Origin: a bacterium
Lineage (GTDB): Bacteria; UBA8248; JACPRG01; G963555815
Length of the DNA: 64,000 nucleotides
NCBI GenBank assembly: GCA_965218795.1
Contig: OZ244653.1
Location: 1,056,001-1,120,000 of the forward strand
Direction: 5' to 3'
A program made the translations under genes and the position numbers. The notes under the pieces were generated by a model. The model did not search any database, was not told the origin of the DNA, and saw only the letters and a program-made list of their open reading frames with translations. This document shows positions 29,305 to 39,319 of the stretch, piece after piece (position 1 is the stretch's first letter; each line of letters starts with the position of its first letter).

Positions 29305-30897
29305 ATGAATCCTGATTTCCCACTGAATTTAACGGACTTTCTGGCGCGAAAAGCGCGAAGAAACCGGGACTGCATATTTTTGCGCTTCGCCGACGAAGAG
29401 GTCTCGTACGGCCAGTTCGAGCAAAGGACGAATCAGGCGGCCAACGCACTCCTCCACATGGGAATCAACAAGGGTGACCGAGTGTGCCTGATGCTGTCGA
29501 ACCGCCCGGAGTTTCTTTATCTCTGGTTCGGCCTCGCCAAGATCGGCGGCGTCATGGTTCCCGTCAACACCGCCTTCAAAGAGAAGGAGGCCGCCTACGT
29601 CATCCAGCATTCCGGCGCAGCCGCTGTTCTCACCGAATCGGATTTTTCAGAGGTCATCGTGGCTCTGCAGCCGGATTGCCCCTCGGTCCGCCAGTGGTTT
29701 TCTCTGGATGACGAATCCGATTCTCGATTCCAGCGTCTCGATGATGTCCGTGAAACCGCGAACGATCATCCTCCCGGGGTCGAGGTTTCAGAAGACGATC
29801 TCTTGTCCATCATCTATACGTCCGGCACGACGGGGCGTCCGAAGGGCGCCATGCATTGCCACAGGACGTACATCCTGGCCGGATGGGCCTTCACCAAGCG
29901 ACTGGACCTCAATTCCGACGATCGCCTGATGGCTTTCATGCCCCTCTTTCATATCAACGCCCAGATATATTCCGCCATGGGCGCGCTGGCCGCCGAAGCC
30001 GGGCTTATCCTGCTCCCCCGTTTCAGTCTCAGCCGGTTTTGGGAAGCCGTCCGCCGCTACCGGCCGACGAAGTTCAACTGCCCCATCGCCGCGGCCTACC
30101 TCATCGCCAAGGAGCCGCCGACTCCCCGGGACAAGGACCACACGGTCCGGATGGTCTTCATGGGACCGCTGAAGGAGAACCTGGCGAAAACGTTCAAGGA
30201 ACGGTTCGGCATCGTCCCCATCGACGGCTACGGAATGACCGAATGCCCAAATATCTGCCAAAATCCCCACGACGGCCTTCGGAAGGTCGGGAGCATGGGC
30301 ATTCCAGCCACCTTCCCCGACCCGTCGATTCCCCTGACTGAGATGAAGCTCGTCGACGAGGAGGACCGTGACGTGCCGACCGGAGCCATCGGAGAGGTAG
30401 CCGTCCGGAGCCCGCTGCTCACCCTCGGCTACTACAAGGACCCGGAGCGCACGGCCGAAGCCATGCGGGGGGGATGGTTCCATACCGGAGACAACGCAAT
30501 CAAAGACGAGGACGGCTATTATTATTTCGTCGATAGGAAAAAAGACGTCATCCGGCGGCGCGGAGAGAACATTTCATCAGCCGAGGTGGAATCGGTCCTT
30601 CTCTCCCATCCCGAGGTCCTGGAGGCCGCCGTGATTCCCGTTCCATCGGAGCTCGGAGAGGACGACGTCAAGGCCTGCATCGTGACCCACCCGGACGCCG
30701 CCGTAAGGCCCGAGGCCCTGGCGGACTGGTGTGAAGGGAGACTGGCCCGATTCAAGGTCCCCCGGTACATCGAGTTTCGCGAGAGCCTTCCCAAGACGCC
30801 GACCCAAAAGGTCGAAAAGTATGTCCTGCGAAGCGAAAAGGTCGACCTGACCGAAGACTGTTGGGATCGCGAAACGGCCAAACCGTCACACACATGA
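29305..30897 (+). CDS. AMP-forming acyl-CoA ligase, CaiC (crotonobetaine/carnitine-CoA ligase)-like
   Basis: YTSGTTGRPKG, PLFHINAQ, YGMTE, WFHTGD, DRKKDVIRRRGENISSAEVE, PKTPTQK. Confidence 0.9.
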   Translation: MNPDFPLNLTDFLARKARRNRDCIFLRFADEEVSYGQFEQRTNQAANALLHMGINKGDRVCLMLSNRPEFLYLWFGLAKIGGVMVPVNTAFKEKEAAYVIQHSGAAAVLTESDFSEVIVALQPDCPSVRQWFSLDDESDSRFQRLDDVRETANDHPPGVEVSEDDLLSIIYTSGTTGRPKGAMHCHRTYILAGWAFTKRLDLNSDDRLMAFMPLFHINAQIYSAMGALAAEAGLILLPRFSLSRFWEAVRRYRPTKFNCPIAAAYLIAKEPPTPRDKDHTVRMVFMGPLKENLAKTFKERFGIVPIDGYGMTECPNICQNPHDGLRKVGSMGIPATFPDPSIPLTEMKLVDEEDRDVPTGAIGEVAVRSPLLTLGYYKDPERTAEAMRGGWFHTGDNAIKDEDGYYYFVDRKKDVIRRRGENISSAEVESVLLSHPEVLEAAVIPVPSELGEDDVKACIVTHPDAAVRPEALADWCEGRLARFKVPRYIEFRESLPKTPTQKVEKYVLRSEKVDLTEDCWDRETAKPSHT

Positions 30898-30901
30898 CCT
30901 G

Positions 30902-33091
30902 ATGAATCAATCCGGAAGCGCTGACTACATCGTTTACCTCGACACGGGCGGGACGTTTTCAGACGCCGTCGTGGTCGACCCGAAGGGCCGCTTCGTGAGC
31001 GGGAAGTCCGCCACGACCCCGAACGACCTGTCTCAGTGCTTTTTCGGGTGCATCGAGGATGCCGCTCGAAAGCTCGGGATATCCTCGACCGATTTGCTCA
31101 CCCGAACCCGTATTCTGGGTTTTGGAACGACCGCGGGAACCAACGCGCTCATTACCCGCGTGGGCGGTCCGCGTATCGGGCTCATTTGCTCGAAGGGCGT
31201 CGAAGACACCACGCTCATCATGCGGATGGAAGGACGATGGGCGGGCCGTCCCCTTCAGGAGACCCTCCACATCGCGGGCACGGACAAACCGGAGCCCCTG
31301 ATCCCACGAGACTGCATCCACGGGGTCACCGAGCGCGTGGACAGCAAAGGCCGGGTGGTGATTCCCCTGGAGGAGACAGAGGTCCGGCAGTCGGTCGAGG
31401 CGCTCCGGGGTGCCGGAGTGGAAGGCATCGCCGTTTGCTTCCTCTGGTCCTTTCTCAACGACGATCACGAACGTCGGGTTCGGAAGATCATCCGGGAGAT
31501 CGCGCCGGAACTGCCGGTCTCCATCTCGTCCGAAGTGGCTCCCGTCATTCGGGAGTACCCCCGATTCATGTCGACCATCATCGACCTCTACATCGGCAGG
31601 CCGGTGCGGAAGCTCTTCTCCAGCATCGGAGAGCGTCTGGCGGAGAACGGTTACACGAAAGACCTGCTGGTCATGCAGGCCTCGGGCGGGCTCTCGCGAT
31701 CGGACGTGGTCCGTCCCATCACGACGCTTCACTCCGGTCCGGTCGGCGGGCTGCTGGGGGTCGAATATCTCAAGCGGCTGTATGGAGAGGACTTCGCCGT
31801 CGGCACCGACATGGGCGGAACGAGCTTCGACCTGAGCCTGTCCAAGCCCACGGGTTGGGAATACGTCAAGACTCCGGTGGTCGCCCGGTTCACCCTGGCG
31901 AATCCCATGCTGGGGATTGAGGCGATCGGCGCCGGAGGCGGGACGATCGCAGGCATCGACCCGACGACGAAGGGGCTTCGCCTCGGACCCGGAAGCGCCG
32001 GGGCCGTTCCCGGCCCGGCTTGTTACGGGAAAGGGGGCGAAGAGCCCACCGTGACCGACGCGGATCTGGTGCTCCACCGTATCGACCCGGATTTTTTCCT
32101 GGACGGCCAGATGCCCCTGGACCGGAACAAGGCCCGCGCCGCCATTGAGGAGAAGGTGGCAAAACCCATGGGTCTATCGACAGAGGAAGCGGCCCTCGGG
32201 ATCTCACAGAGCATCGACGGGGTCATGCAGAGCGCCATCCGGGCCTTCCTGAGCTGGAAGGGAGTGGACCCGCGCCAGACGGTCTTGTTCAGCTTCGGCG
32301 GCGCCGGTCCGACGCATTGCGCCGGGTACAGCCTGGGGCTCGACGCAAAACGGGTGATCATCCCGCCCTTCGCATCCACCTTCTCCGCCTTTGGCGCGTC
32401 CACCGCCGACGTGACCCGCAGATTCGAGGCGTCTCCCTATCTGGTCATCCCGGATCTCCCGTACGATATCACCCGACAACGGTTCGACGTGCAGTCGCTG
32501 ACCGGGGTTCCGCACGAGACCCTGGAGCGGTTCAACGACACGATGGAACGCCTGGAAGAGCGCGCCTACGGGGACATGGAGCGGGAGGGGTTCGGCCGGG
32601 AGGAACTGGAGATCCGGTACTTCCTGGAGATGCGCTACGGCGGCCAGCTCAACGAGATCACCTGCCGGGTGGCGGTGGGCCGGATCCGCCGGCCGGCGGA
32701 CCTCCAGGCCATCCTCGTCTCCTTCGAGGAGGAATACGTCCGCCTGTTCCACCCCGGCACCCAATACCCCAAGGGCGGCGCGGAGATCATCACCGTGACG
32801 GTCGAGGCGGCCGCCCCGCCGGTGGCCAAGCCGGTCCTGGAGCGGCAGCCGCGGGACCGGAAAGACCCGGAAGCGGCCCGGAAGGGGAAGCGGAAGGTGT
32901 TGTTCCCTTCGGGCTGGCTGGATACGGACATCTATGCCGCCGATCAAATCGGGTACGGGTTCGAGGCTCCGGGGCCCGCGATCCTCGAAGGAAACGATAC
33001 GACGATCGCCGTACCCGACACCCACCGGATCACGGCGGACGCCTACGGGAATCTGATTCTGGAGACGCGCCGCCAGGGAGCTCCACCATGA
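30902..33091 (+). CDS. Hydantoinase A/oxoprolinase family ATPase subunit (acetone/acetophenone carboxylase-like)
   Basis: LDTGGTFSD, GTTAGTNAL, SGPVGG, DMGGTSFD, IGAGGGTIA, SAGAVPGPACY, FGGAGPTH. Confidence 0.92.
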   Translation: MNQSGSADYIVYLDTGGTFSDAVVVDPKGRFVSGKSATTPNDLSQCFFGCIEDAARKLGISSTDLLTRTRILGFGTTAGTNALITRVGGPRIGLICSKGVEDTTLIMRMEGRWAGRPLQETLHIAGTDKPEPLIPRDCIHGVTERVDSKGRVVIPLEETEVRQSVEALRGAGVEGIAVCFLWSFLNDDHERRVRKIIREIAPELPVSISSEVAPVIREYPRFMSTIIDLYIGRPVRKLFSSIGERLAENGYTKDLLVMQASGGLSRSDVVRPITTLHSGPVGGLLGVEYLKRLYGEDFAVGTDMGGTSFDLSLSKPTGWEYVKTPVVARFTLANPMLGIEAIGAGGGTIAGIDPTTKGLRLGPGSAGAVPGPACYGKGGEEPTVTDADLVLHRIDPDFFLDGQMPLDRNKARAAIEEKVAKPMGLSTEEAALGISQSIDGVMQSAIRAFLSWKGVDPRQTVLFSFGGAGPTHCAGYSLGLDAKRVIIPPFASTFSAFGASTADVTRRFEASPYLVIPDLPYDITRQRFDVQSLTGVPHETLERFNDTMERLEERAYGDMEREGFGREELEIRYFLEMRYGGQLNEITCRVAVGRIRRPADLQAILVSFEEEYVRLFHPGTQYPKGGAEIITVTVEAAAPPVAKPVLERQPRDRKDPEAARKGKRKVLFPSGWLDTDIYAADQIGYGFEAPGPAILEGNDTTIAVPDTHRITADAYGNLILETRRQGAPP

Positions 33092-35448
33092 CGCAGTCCG
33101 TGAAGGAACTGGATCCGTTTACGTACGAGGTCTTCTATAACCGGCTGTTCAATCTGCTCTGCGAGTCCCGAGACGTGATACGGCACCTTTCCGCGTCGGC
33201 CATCAGTCGGGAATCGGGCGAAACGGCGGAAGGCCTCTTCCTGCCGGACGGCGAACTGGTCCTGCTCTCCCCCGGCCTCCTTCTTCACCTGAACACGGTC
33301 GCTCGCGTCATCCGGTTCATGCTCCACAACCGCATGGGGGAAGACGTGGGCTTCGAGGACGGCGACCAGTTCATCTGCAACGACGCCATGGTCGCCTCGA
33401 TGCACCGGATGGACATGGCGGTTGTGGCCCCCTTCTTCTATGGAGGCGAGCTGGTGTCCTGGGTCGGGAACTACAGCCACGTCCCCGAGATCGGGGCGAC
33501 CGAGCCGGGCGGCCATCCGATGATCGCCACTGACTGCTACCACGAAGGACTCCTGCTGACCCCCGTCAAGCTGGTCGAACAGGGAAGGGTCCGCCGCGAC
33601 CTGATGGAAATGATGGCTCGGGTGGTTCGGGATCCCCGGCCCATCGAGATCGACACCAAGGCCAAGATCGCCGCGAACGAACGCACGCGCCGCAACCTGA
33701 AGCAGCTCATCGACGAGGTGGGACTCGACTTCTACATGGAGGCCTGCAAGAAGCTCATCGACGATTCCGAAGCCCAATCGCGGGAGGTCGTGAAGACCCG
33801 GCGGCCCGGAAAGTACCGAGCGCGCGTCTTCTCCGACTCCGATCTCCCGGACCGGCCCGGGCTCCGCGTCATGGAGACGGAGCTGGAGGTCGGAAGCGAC
33901 GGAAGCCTCACCCTCCGCGCGCCCGTGGTTTCCCCCCAGGCCGCGGGCTCGTACAACTGCCCCCTGCCCTGCCTTGAGGGCAATGTCTTCTGCCTGACGC
34001 TGAGCCACCTTTTTTACAAGACCCGCTGGAATGGAGGCGTCGTCCGAATCTACCGGACCGACATCCCCTACGGCTCGATCCTGAACTGCGACGAGACCGC
34101 GGCCGTCCATTACGGGACCGTCGGCGTCGGCCTTCACGCATCCTCGGCGGTCAGCGTCGCGCTCTCTCGGGCGGCCTTCGCGGCAGGCAAGCATCAGGAC
34201 ATCCTGGTCTCCTCGGCCCCGGTCAATCAGCTCCTCTACGGCGGGCTCGACCAGTTCGATCGGCGATGCGGGAAATACGTCATGGACTGCGTCTGCACGG
34301 GTGGGGGAGCGCGCTACGGGAAGGATGGGGCCGACAGCGGGGTGCACCAGGTCAACCCGTGGATCTTTTGCATCGACGTGGAAGGGACCGAGGCCATCGG
34401 GCCTCTGATCCAGCTGGGACGGCGCCATATCCCCGACTCGGGAGGCTTTGGAGCCTTTCGCGGCGGAAGCGGCGTGAGCGCCGTCCTCACCGTCCACGAC
34501 ACCAAGTTGCTTACGATCGGGAACATGGCCCAGGGCCGGTTCGTCACGCCGATCCAGGGGATGTTCGGAGGATACCCGCCGTCCGCGTCCCGGTTCCTGA
34601 AGGTCCATGACGCGGACGTGTTGAAGGCCCCGCCGGAAGACATTCCGCACGACGTCTTCGAGTTCCTGGAATACCCCTCGGGACGCCTCGAGGACCTCTA
34701 CTGCGGCTCGAAATACGTCCCCATCCAGGAAGGCGATCTCGTCGCCACCATCTACAACGGCGGAGGCGGCTTGGGCGATCCGATCGAGCGGGACCCGGAA
34801 AGCGTCCTTCAGGACGTGCGGAACAATCTGACGACCGGCGGAACGGCCCGCACGGTGAACGGCGTGGTCCTGAATCCCGACCGAACGGGGGTCCACTCAG
34901 CCGAAACGGAGAAGCTCCGTTTGCAGATGAGGGCCGGGCGGCTCGAAAGCGGAATTCCGGCGGTGGAATTCCTGAGCCGGCAAGTGGAGCGCCGGATGAA
35001 CCGGGACTACCCCGCCCCGACGCTGGCGCTTTACGATCAACTCCTCGGAACCGGCTGGTCCGAGACCTTTCGCGATCAACTCGCGTTCGAGGAACGGGTG
35101 GCGCGGGGAAACGCGGGCCCCAAGCCCTTCGAATTGCAGGATCCGGACCGCCTCGAAATTCCGCTCACTCCGTACGTCAACGTGATGGAAGACGCTCGGG
35201 GGCGCCGGGCCTGTGTTTGCGCCTGCTGCGGGCATGTCTACGGACCGGCGGCCGAAAACTACAAGCTCGGGTGCCTCATCAAGGAGCGCAACCCGGAAGA
35301 GCTCCAAAGACCCTTTGCGCCGGATCCGGATTGGCTGGTCTATCGGGAGTTCTACTGCCCGGGATGCGGAGTACAGGTGGAAGTCGAATCCACGCCGTCC
35401 TGCATGCCCATCCTGTTTGACGTTGAACTGGACGAGCTGACGCAATGA
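33088..35448 (+). CDS. Hydantoinase B / acetone carboxylase alpha-like subunit fused to a C-terminal AcxC (gamma)-like domain
   Basis: ATG overlaps the previous stop. DGDQFICND, MHRMD, HVPEIG, DSGGFGAFRGG, GGGGLGDPIERDP. C-terminal CACCGH...ENYK...APDPDW..REFYCPGCG. Confidence 0.88.
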   Translation: MTQSVKELDPFTYEVFYNRLFNLLCESRDVIRHLSASAISRESGETAEGLFLPDGELVLLSPGLLLHLNTVARVIRFMLHNRMGEDVGFEDGDQFICNDAMVASMHRMDMAVVAPFFYGGELVSWVGNYSHVPEIGATEPGGHPMIATDCYHEGLLLTPVKLVEQGRVRRDLMEMMARVVRDPRPIEIDTKAKIAANERTRRNLKQLIDEVGLDFYMEACKKLIDDSEAQSREVVKTRRPGKYRARVFSDSDLPDRPGLRVMETELEVGSDGSLTLRAPVVSPQAAGSYNCPLPCLEGNVFCLTLSHLFYKTRWNGGVVRIYRTDIPYGSILNCDETAAVHYGTVGVGLHASSAVSVALSRAAFAAGKHQDILVSSAPVNQLLYGGLDQFDRRCGKYVMDCVCTGGGARYGKDGADSGVHQVNPWIFCIDVEGTEAIGPLIQLGRRHIPDSGGFGAFRGGSGVSAVLTVHDTKLLTIGNMAQGRFVTPIQGMFGGYPPSASRFLKVHDADVLKAPPEDIPHDVFEFLEYPSGRLEDLYCGSKYVPIQEGDLVATIYNGGGGLGDPIERDPESVLQDVRNNLTTGGTARTVNGVVLNPDRTGVHSAETEKLRLQMRAGRLESGIPAVEFLSRQVERRMNRDYPAPTLALYDQLLGTGWSETFRDQLAFEERVARGNAGPKPFELQDPDRLEIPLTPYVNVMEDARGRRACVCACCGHVYGPAAENYKLGCLIKERNPEELQRPFAPDPDWLVYREFYCPGCGVQVEVESTPSCMPILFDVELDELTQ

Positions 35449-35908
35449 CCCGGAGACCCCGCATGAGCCTCGCCAGGCCCTTCCGGCGTCTGATCCGGTG
35501 TACGGAGTCGGAAATAACTGTAATTGACGAAAATATCGGGACTATCCGGGACTTGGTGGGATATTCCGGGATCTGAAGGGGTTTTTCATGACGGCGCGCC
35601 GCAAAAGATGATTTGAGAATGCTGATTTGCGTTGAAAAGGCGGACCGCAACTTTTTGGCTTAGATCGTCTAAATGGGCCGTAACAAGCGGCTTTTCCGGG
35701 ACTTTTGTAAAGAAAAAGGGGTCGAAAGGGCCGCGGATTTATGATGGGCAGACAACGCGCCGCGGCCGCAACAGAAGCGTGATGGCCGGCGGGGTTCTGG
35801 CCCGAAAAGAACTAACTGTAAATTTGTTGGCAGGTTCGGATGAAAAAGGCCCCGGAAACGCTTTTTCATGGGCGATTCAGGGGACTTTTTTGTGGGGATA
35901 TTTTACTT

Positions 35909-35930
35909 GTCATTCCCGTGGAAGCAGGAA
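35909..35930 (+). repeat. Degenerate REP-like palindrome
   Basis: gtcattcccgtggaagcaggaa. Confidence 0.5.
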
Positions 35931-36374
35931 CGACCAAGAGCCTGCCCCTGCATGGTTTCAGCAGGGGGGCACACCAACCCGAAAGTCATTCATTTAGTAA
36001 AGTGTCTCCGGAATCCGCGCCCGATTTACAATTATTTCTGTTCGGCTATACTGACTTCGGATATAATCTCCTCCGGCTGGTCGAGGGCGTGGAAACCACC
36101 CGGGCCGTGAACGAGCACGCGCGGGAGATGCTGGAAGGAGCGGGACGGCGAAACCGCCCCGGTGTTGAGCTACCGTTTCAGGGGAACCGGTTCATCGTCA
36201 GAGCCGCCGACGTTCTTCTGTCTTCGTATTCGGGAGACAGCTCAGGAAGAGCCTGATCAGCTCGATGTTTCAGTCACTTCCTGCCACATAGGGGTTATCG
36301 GTTAATGAAGTGGGCGCCTTCAGTGCCAGAAACAGGCTGTTTTCGTAACGTTCACCAAAGGCAAGGAACCCGGC

Positions 36375-37425
36375 ATGGACATTCGTAAAATTGCCTATGC
36401 CATCAACGAAAAAGCCCAAGCGTATCAAATGGGTAACTTCCAGAATATACGCAAAGAACTAAAAAACCTGAAAAAAAAAGCTTCTAGTACGATTTTCAGC
36501 GACGAAACTATCTTCAGCGACGAAACTATTAATGAGCATTACGCCTTTCACTATGGAGGTCGTAAGGAGATTCAATTCAACATTGGATTTGAAGAAATCA
36601 ATGGTTCGTATATGTTCCGCCACGGTCTGGCCTTTTCACTCAAGCCTGGCCCTGCTTTACACAGAAACAAGATAATGGAGATATTCCAGGGGAAAATAGA
36701 GCGTTTCAATGAGTATATTCGGGCAAATGCTACAGAATTCTCGGATATGGAAATGTGGCATTACGACGTCGAGCGCAGTAAATATTACTCCATCCGTGCA
36801 GTGCCACCAGAGTTATCCAAGCCTGACATCTTCATTTTTATAGGGAAACGAGAGAAAACAGATAGCCCTGATATCGATCTCATTCTCAGAGACTTTTGCC
36901 GGCTTCTCCTGCTCTATAGATTCGTCGAAGGTAAGGCCTCTACTCTCCCCATTACAAGCAATTCCGAGCGTGTCTTTAAGTTTCAACCTGGCCATTCTCC
37001 GGGCCAGCAATCGACTACCACGATGACCACTGCCGAGCAGACTCGCGATATGATTCTGCGTCACAATGATCTGCAGGAGGCGCTTCACAAATGCCTAGTA
37101 AGTCGTCATGGCAAGGCACACGTAGGAACTGAAAATCCCGCTGGAGGAGGGGGCTACATTGACTTGGTGGTTAAGACGGAAGACGAACTCATTTTTTATG
37201 AAATCAAAACCGACGCCTCTATTCAATCCTGCATCCGTGATGGGATCGGCCAGCTTCTCGAATACTCCTTTTGGGGGGGGCGATTGCCATGTAACCAAGC
37301 TCGTGCTGGTGACGGAGAATGAGGGCACGGAAGAAGCGAAAATTTACCTGCAACTGCTGCGAGAGAAATTCCACTTGCCCATCTATCACCAACGATTTGA
37401 TCTAGACACCAGGACTCTCCGTTAA
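36375..37425 (+). pseudogene. AT-rich hypothetical protein with C-terminal PD-(D/E)XK nuclease-like domain; frameshift in G8 run (37273-37280)
   Basis: HNDLQ...GTE...YIDLVV...FYEIKT...IRDGIGQLLEY. Removing one G gives W-G-G-DCHVTKLVLVTE...FHLPIYHQRFD, ending at 37425. Confidence 0.7.
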
Positions 37426-38088
37426 GATGATGAGTGGTAGAGAGATATCATCACCACGGGAACTTCCCATGGGCGAAAACCTAGACGGCGAGAAAGTCGC
37501 GCTGTCATCCGGGGGTTCTCCTGCTCCCTTTGAATGATATCTTCTGTTCGGAAAGATGCCTAGTCGTAAACACACATCCCTATCTATGCTGATGCTTTTT
37601 TCGTCCTTGTTTTCCGCCTTTGCAGGATACGGCCCAATGGCTCTTCAAGCCTTCCAAAAATCAATCATTAAGTAGGGTGTCCCGAGAATCCCCGGATGAG
37701 CGTCGCCTTGGTCGGAAAGCTGATCGGCCACCGCCGGCATCGAGCGCGGTCGATGCACACGCCCCTTTCAACTCCCTTTTAGGGGCTTTACACGGCGATT
37801 TCCAGGCCATTCTCAATGATTTTTGCTCCGCTGCAACCGGACGCTGGCAACGGCGCCGACGCTTGCGCTGATTCTCTTTGCATGTCCCGCCCGCGCGAGA
37901 CAGGTCAAAAACCTGCGCTCGGAATGACGGATGAGGTCTGATTCGCCGTCCCTTGAGCTGGAACGGGACCTTTCGAGTGGAATGAATGCGCGTAATGTCC
38001 AAGTCTGCGGCCACATTCCAAACCATCGGAATGATCCGCAACCTTCCTGGAGCGTGTCTCCTGAAGTTGGATTTTCCCTTCGCTCCTG

Positions 38089-39027
38089 CTAGAGCCGATC
38101 CATGTAGGCCGCCATGCGGCGGCGGGTCTTGGCGTCGGGCAGGCGACCGTAGGCCGCTCCCATGTTGTCCACGAGGTGTCTCGGCTTGGTCGTGGCGGGA
38201 ATGGCGCACGTGCAGGCCGGATTGGACACCAGATACTTCAGGAAGAACTGACCCCAGCTCCGGATGTCGAACTCCTTCGCCCAATCCGGAACCGGCTTCC
38301 CCTTCACCATTCTGAACAGGCCTCCCCGCCCGTACGGCGTATGGGCGATGACCGCGGTGCCGTGCTCCATGGCGGCGGGCAGCAACCGCGCCTCGGCTTC
38401 CCGATCGACAATCGAGTAGGGAATCTCTATGAAGTCGAGGCCGTCCCGCTTGATGATCTCCGCGATGTCGTCAAATGCGCCGGAAGTATAGTGGGTCACG
38501 CCGTCATACCGGATCCGCCCCTCCTTTTTCCAATCCTTGAGGGTGCTCAGCTGCGTCCGCCAGTCCGATAGGTTGTGAACCTGGATGAGGTCGATCCGGT
38601 CGGTCCCCATCCTTCTCATGGACTGCTCCATCTGCCGGATTCCCGACCGCTTGCCGCGGGTCCAGACCTTCGTCGCGTAAAAAAGGGACTTTCCGATATC
38701 GAACTCGGACGCGAGCGCTCCGATCACCGCCTCCGCGTAGCCGTACATGGGAGAGGAGTCGACCAACGTACCGCCGCGCTCCACGAACAGCCGCATGACG
38801 TCCAGCAACGGGGAGGCGAGCGCCTGTTCGGGCGTCACGTCGAACGTCCGGGCCGTGCCCAGACCGATAACCGGGATCTTTTCTCCGGATCTGGGAATCG
38901 GCTTTTTCAGGAGGATTCCAGCGTTTCCTTCGACTGCGTGTTCACCCATCAGCCACCACGCGCCCGCCCCGGCCATCATCTTCAATGCGGTTCTGCGTGA
39001 GATTGCAAACCTCGGTGTCGGCTTCAT
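38089..39027 (-). CDS. Aldo/keto reductase with Tat-type signal peptide
   Basis: SRRTALK followed by a hydrophobic stretch. IGLGT, DSSPMYG, ATKV, DLIQVHNL, IPATTK. Confidence 0.92.
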   Translation of the reverse strand: MKPTPRFAISRRTALKMMAGAGAWWLMGEHAVEGNAGILLKKPIPRSGEKIPVIGLGTARTFDVTPEQALASPLLDVMRLFVERGGTLVDSSPMYGYAEAVIGALASEFDIGKSLFYATKVWTRGKRSGIRQMEQSMRRMGTDRIDLIQVHNLSDWRTQLSTLKDWKKEGRIRYDGVTHYTSGAFDDIAEIIKRDGLDFIEIPYSIVDREAEARLLPAAMEHGTAVIAHTPYGRGGLFRMVKGKPVPDWAKEFDIRSWGQFFLKYLVSNPACTCAIPATTKPRHLVDNMGAAYGRLPDAKTRRRMAAYMDRL

Positions 39028-39319
39028 TTCTCAGGTTCTCCCCTTCTCCGGTGGATTTGGCTGAGCAACCGGCCTTTCCGAACGGGTCTCGATCGCGGGG
39101 TAGTCCATATCAGCCCGACCGACCGAAGAGCGGCCGGCGGTTATCGTCTGCGGGTTCAGGATCACTTGCGAATCGCCAAGGTCTCAATCCGGGAGCCCAG
39201 CCTTGCGCAGCGTATCGATTTCCCGCTTCAACGCCTTCGGGTCTTTAAAGAAAAATCCCTTCCTCCCGGAGAACCCATTGGCCAAGTATTCAGCATACCG
39301 GGAAACGCTCTTTTCAGGA

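Noticed and set aside
32317-33087. 257-aa N-terminal extension of the 1043-aa ORF
   Set aside because: It overlaps the hyuA-like gene in another frame and is Arg/Gly-rich junk. The true start is ATG 33088, coupled to the upstream stop.
37430-38088. Short ORFs downstream of the nuclease-like gene
   Set aside because: No RBS, motifs or consistent codon pattern.
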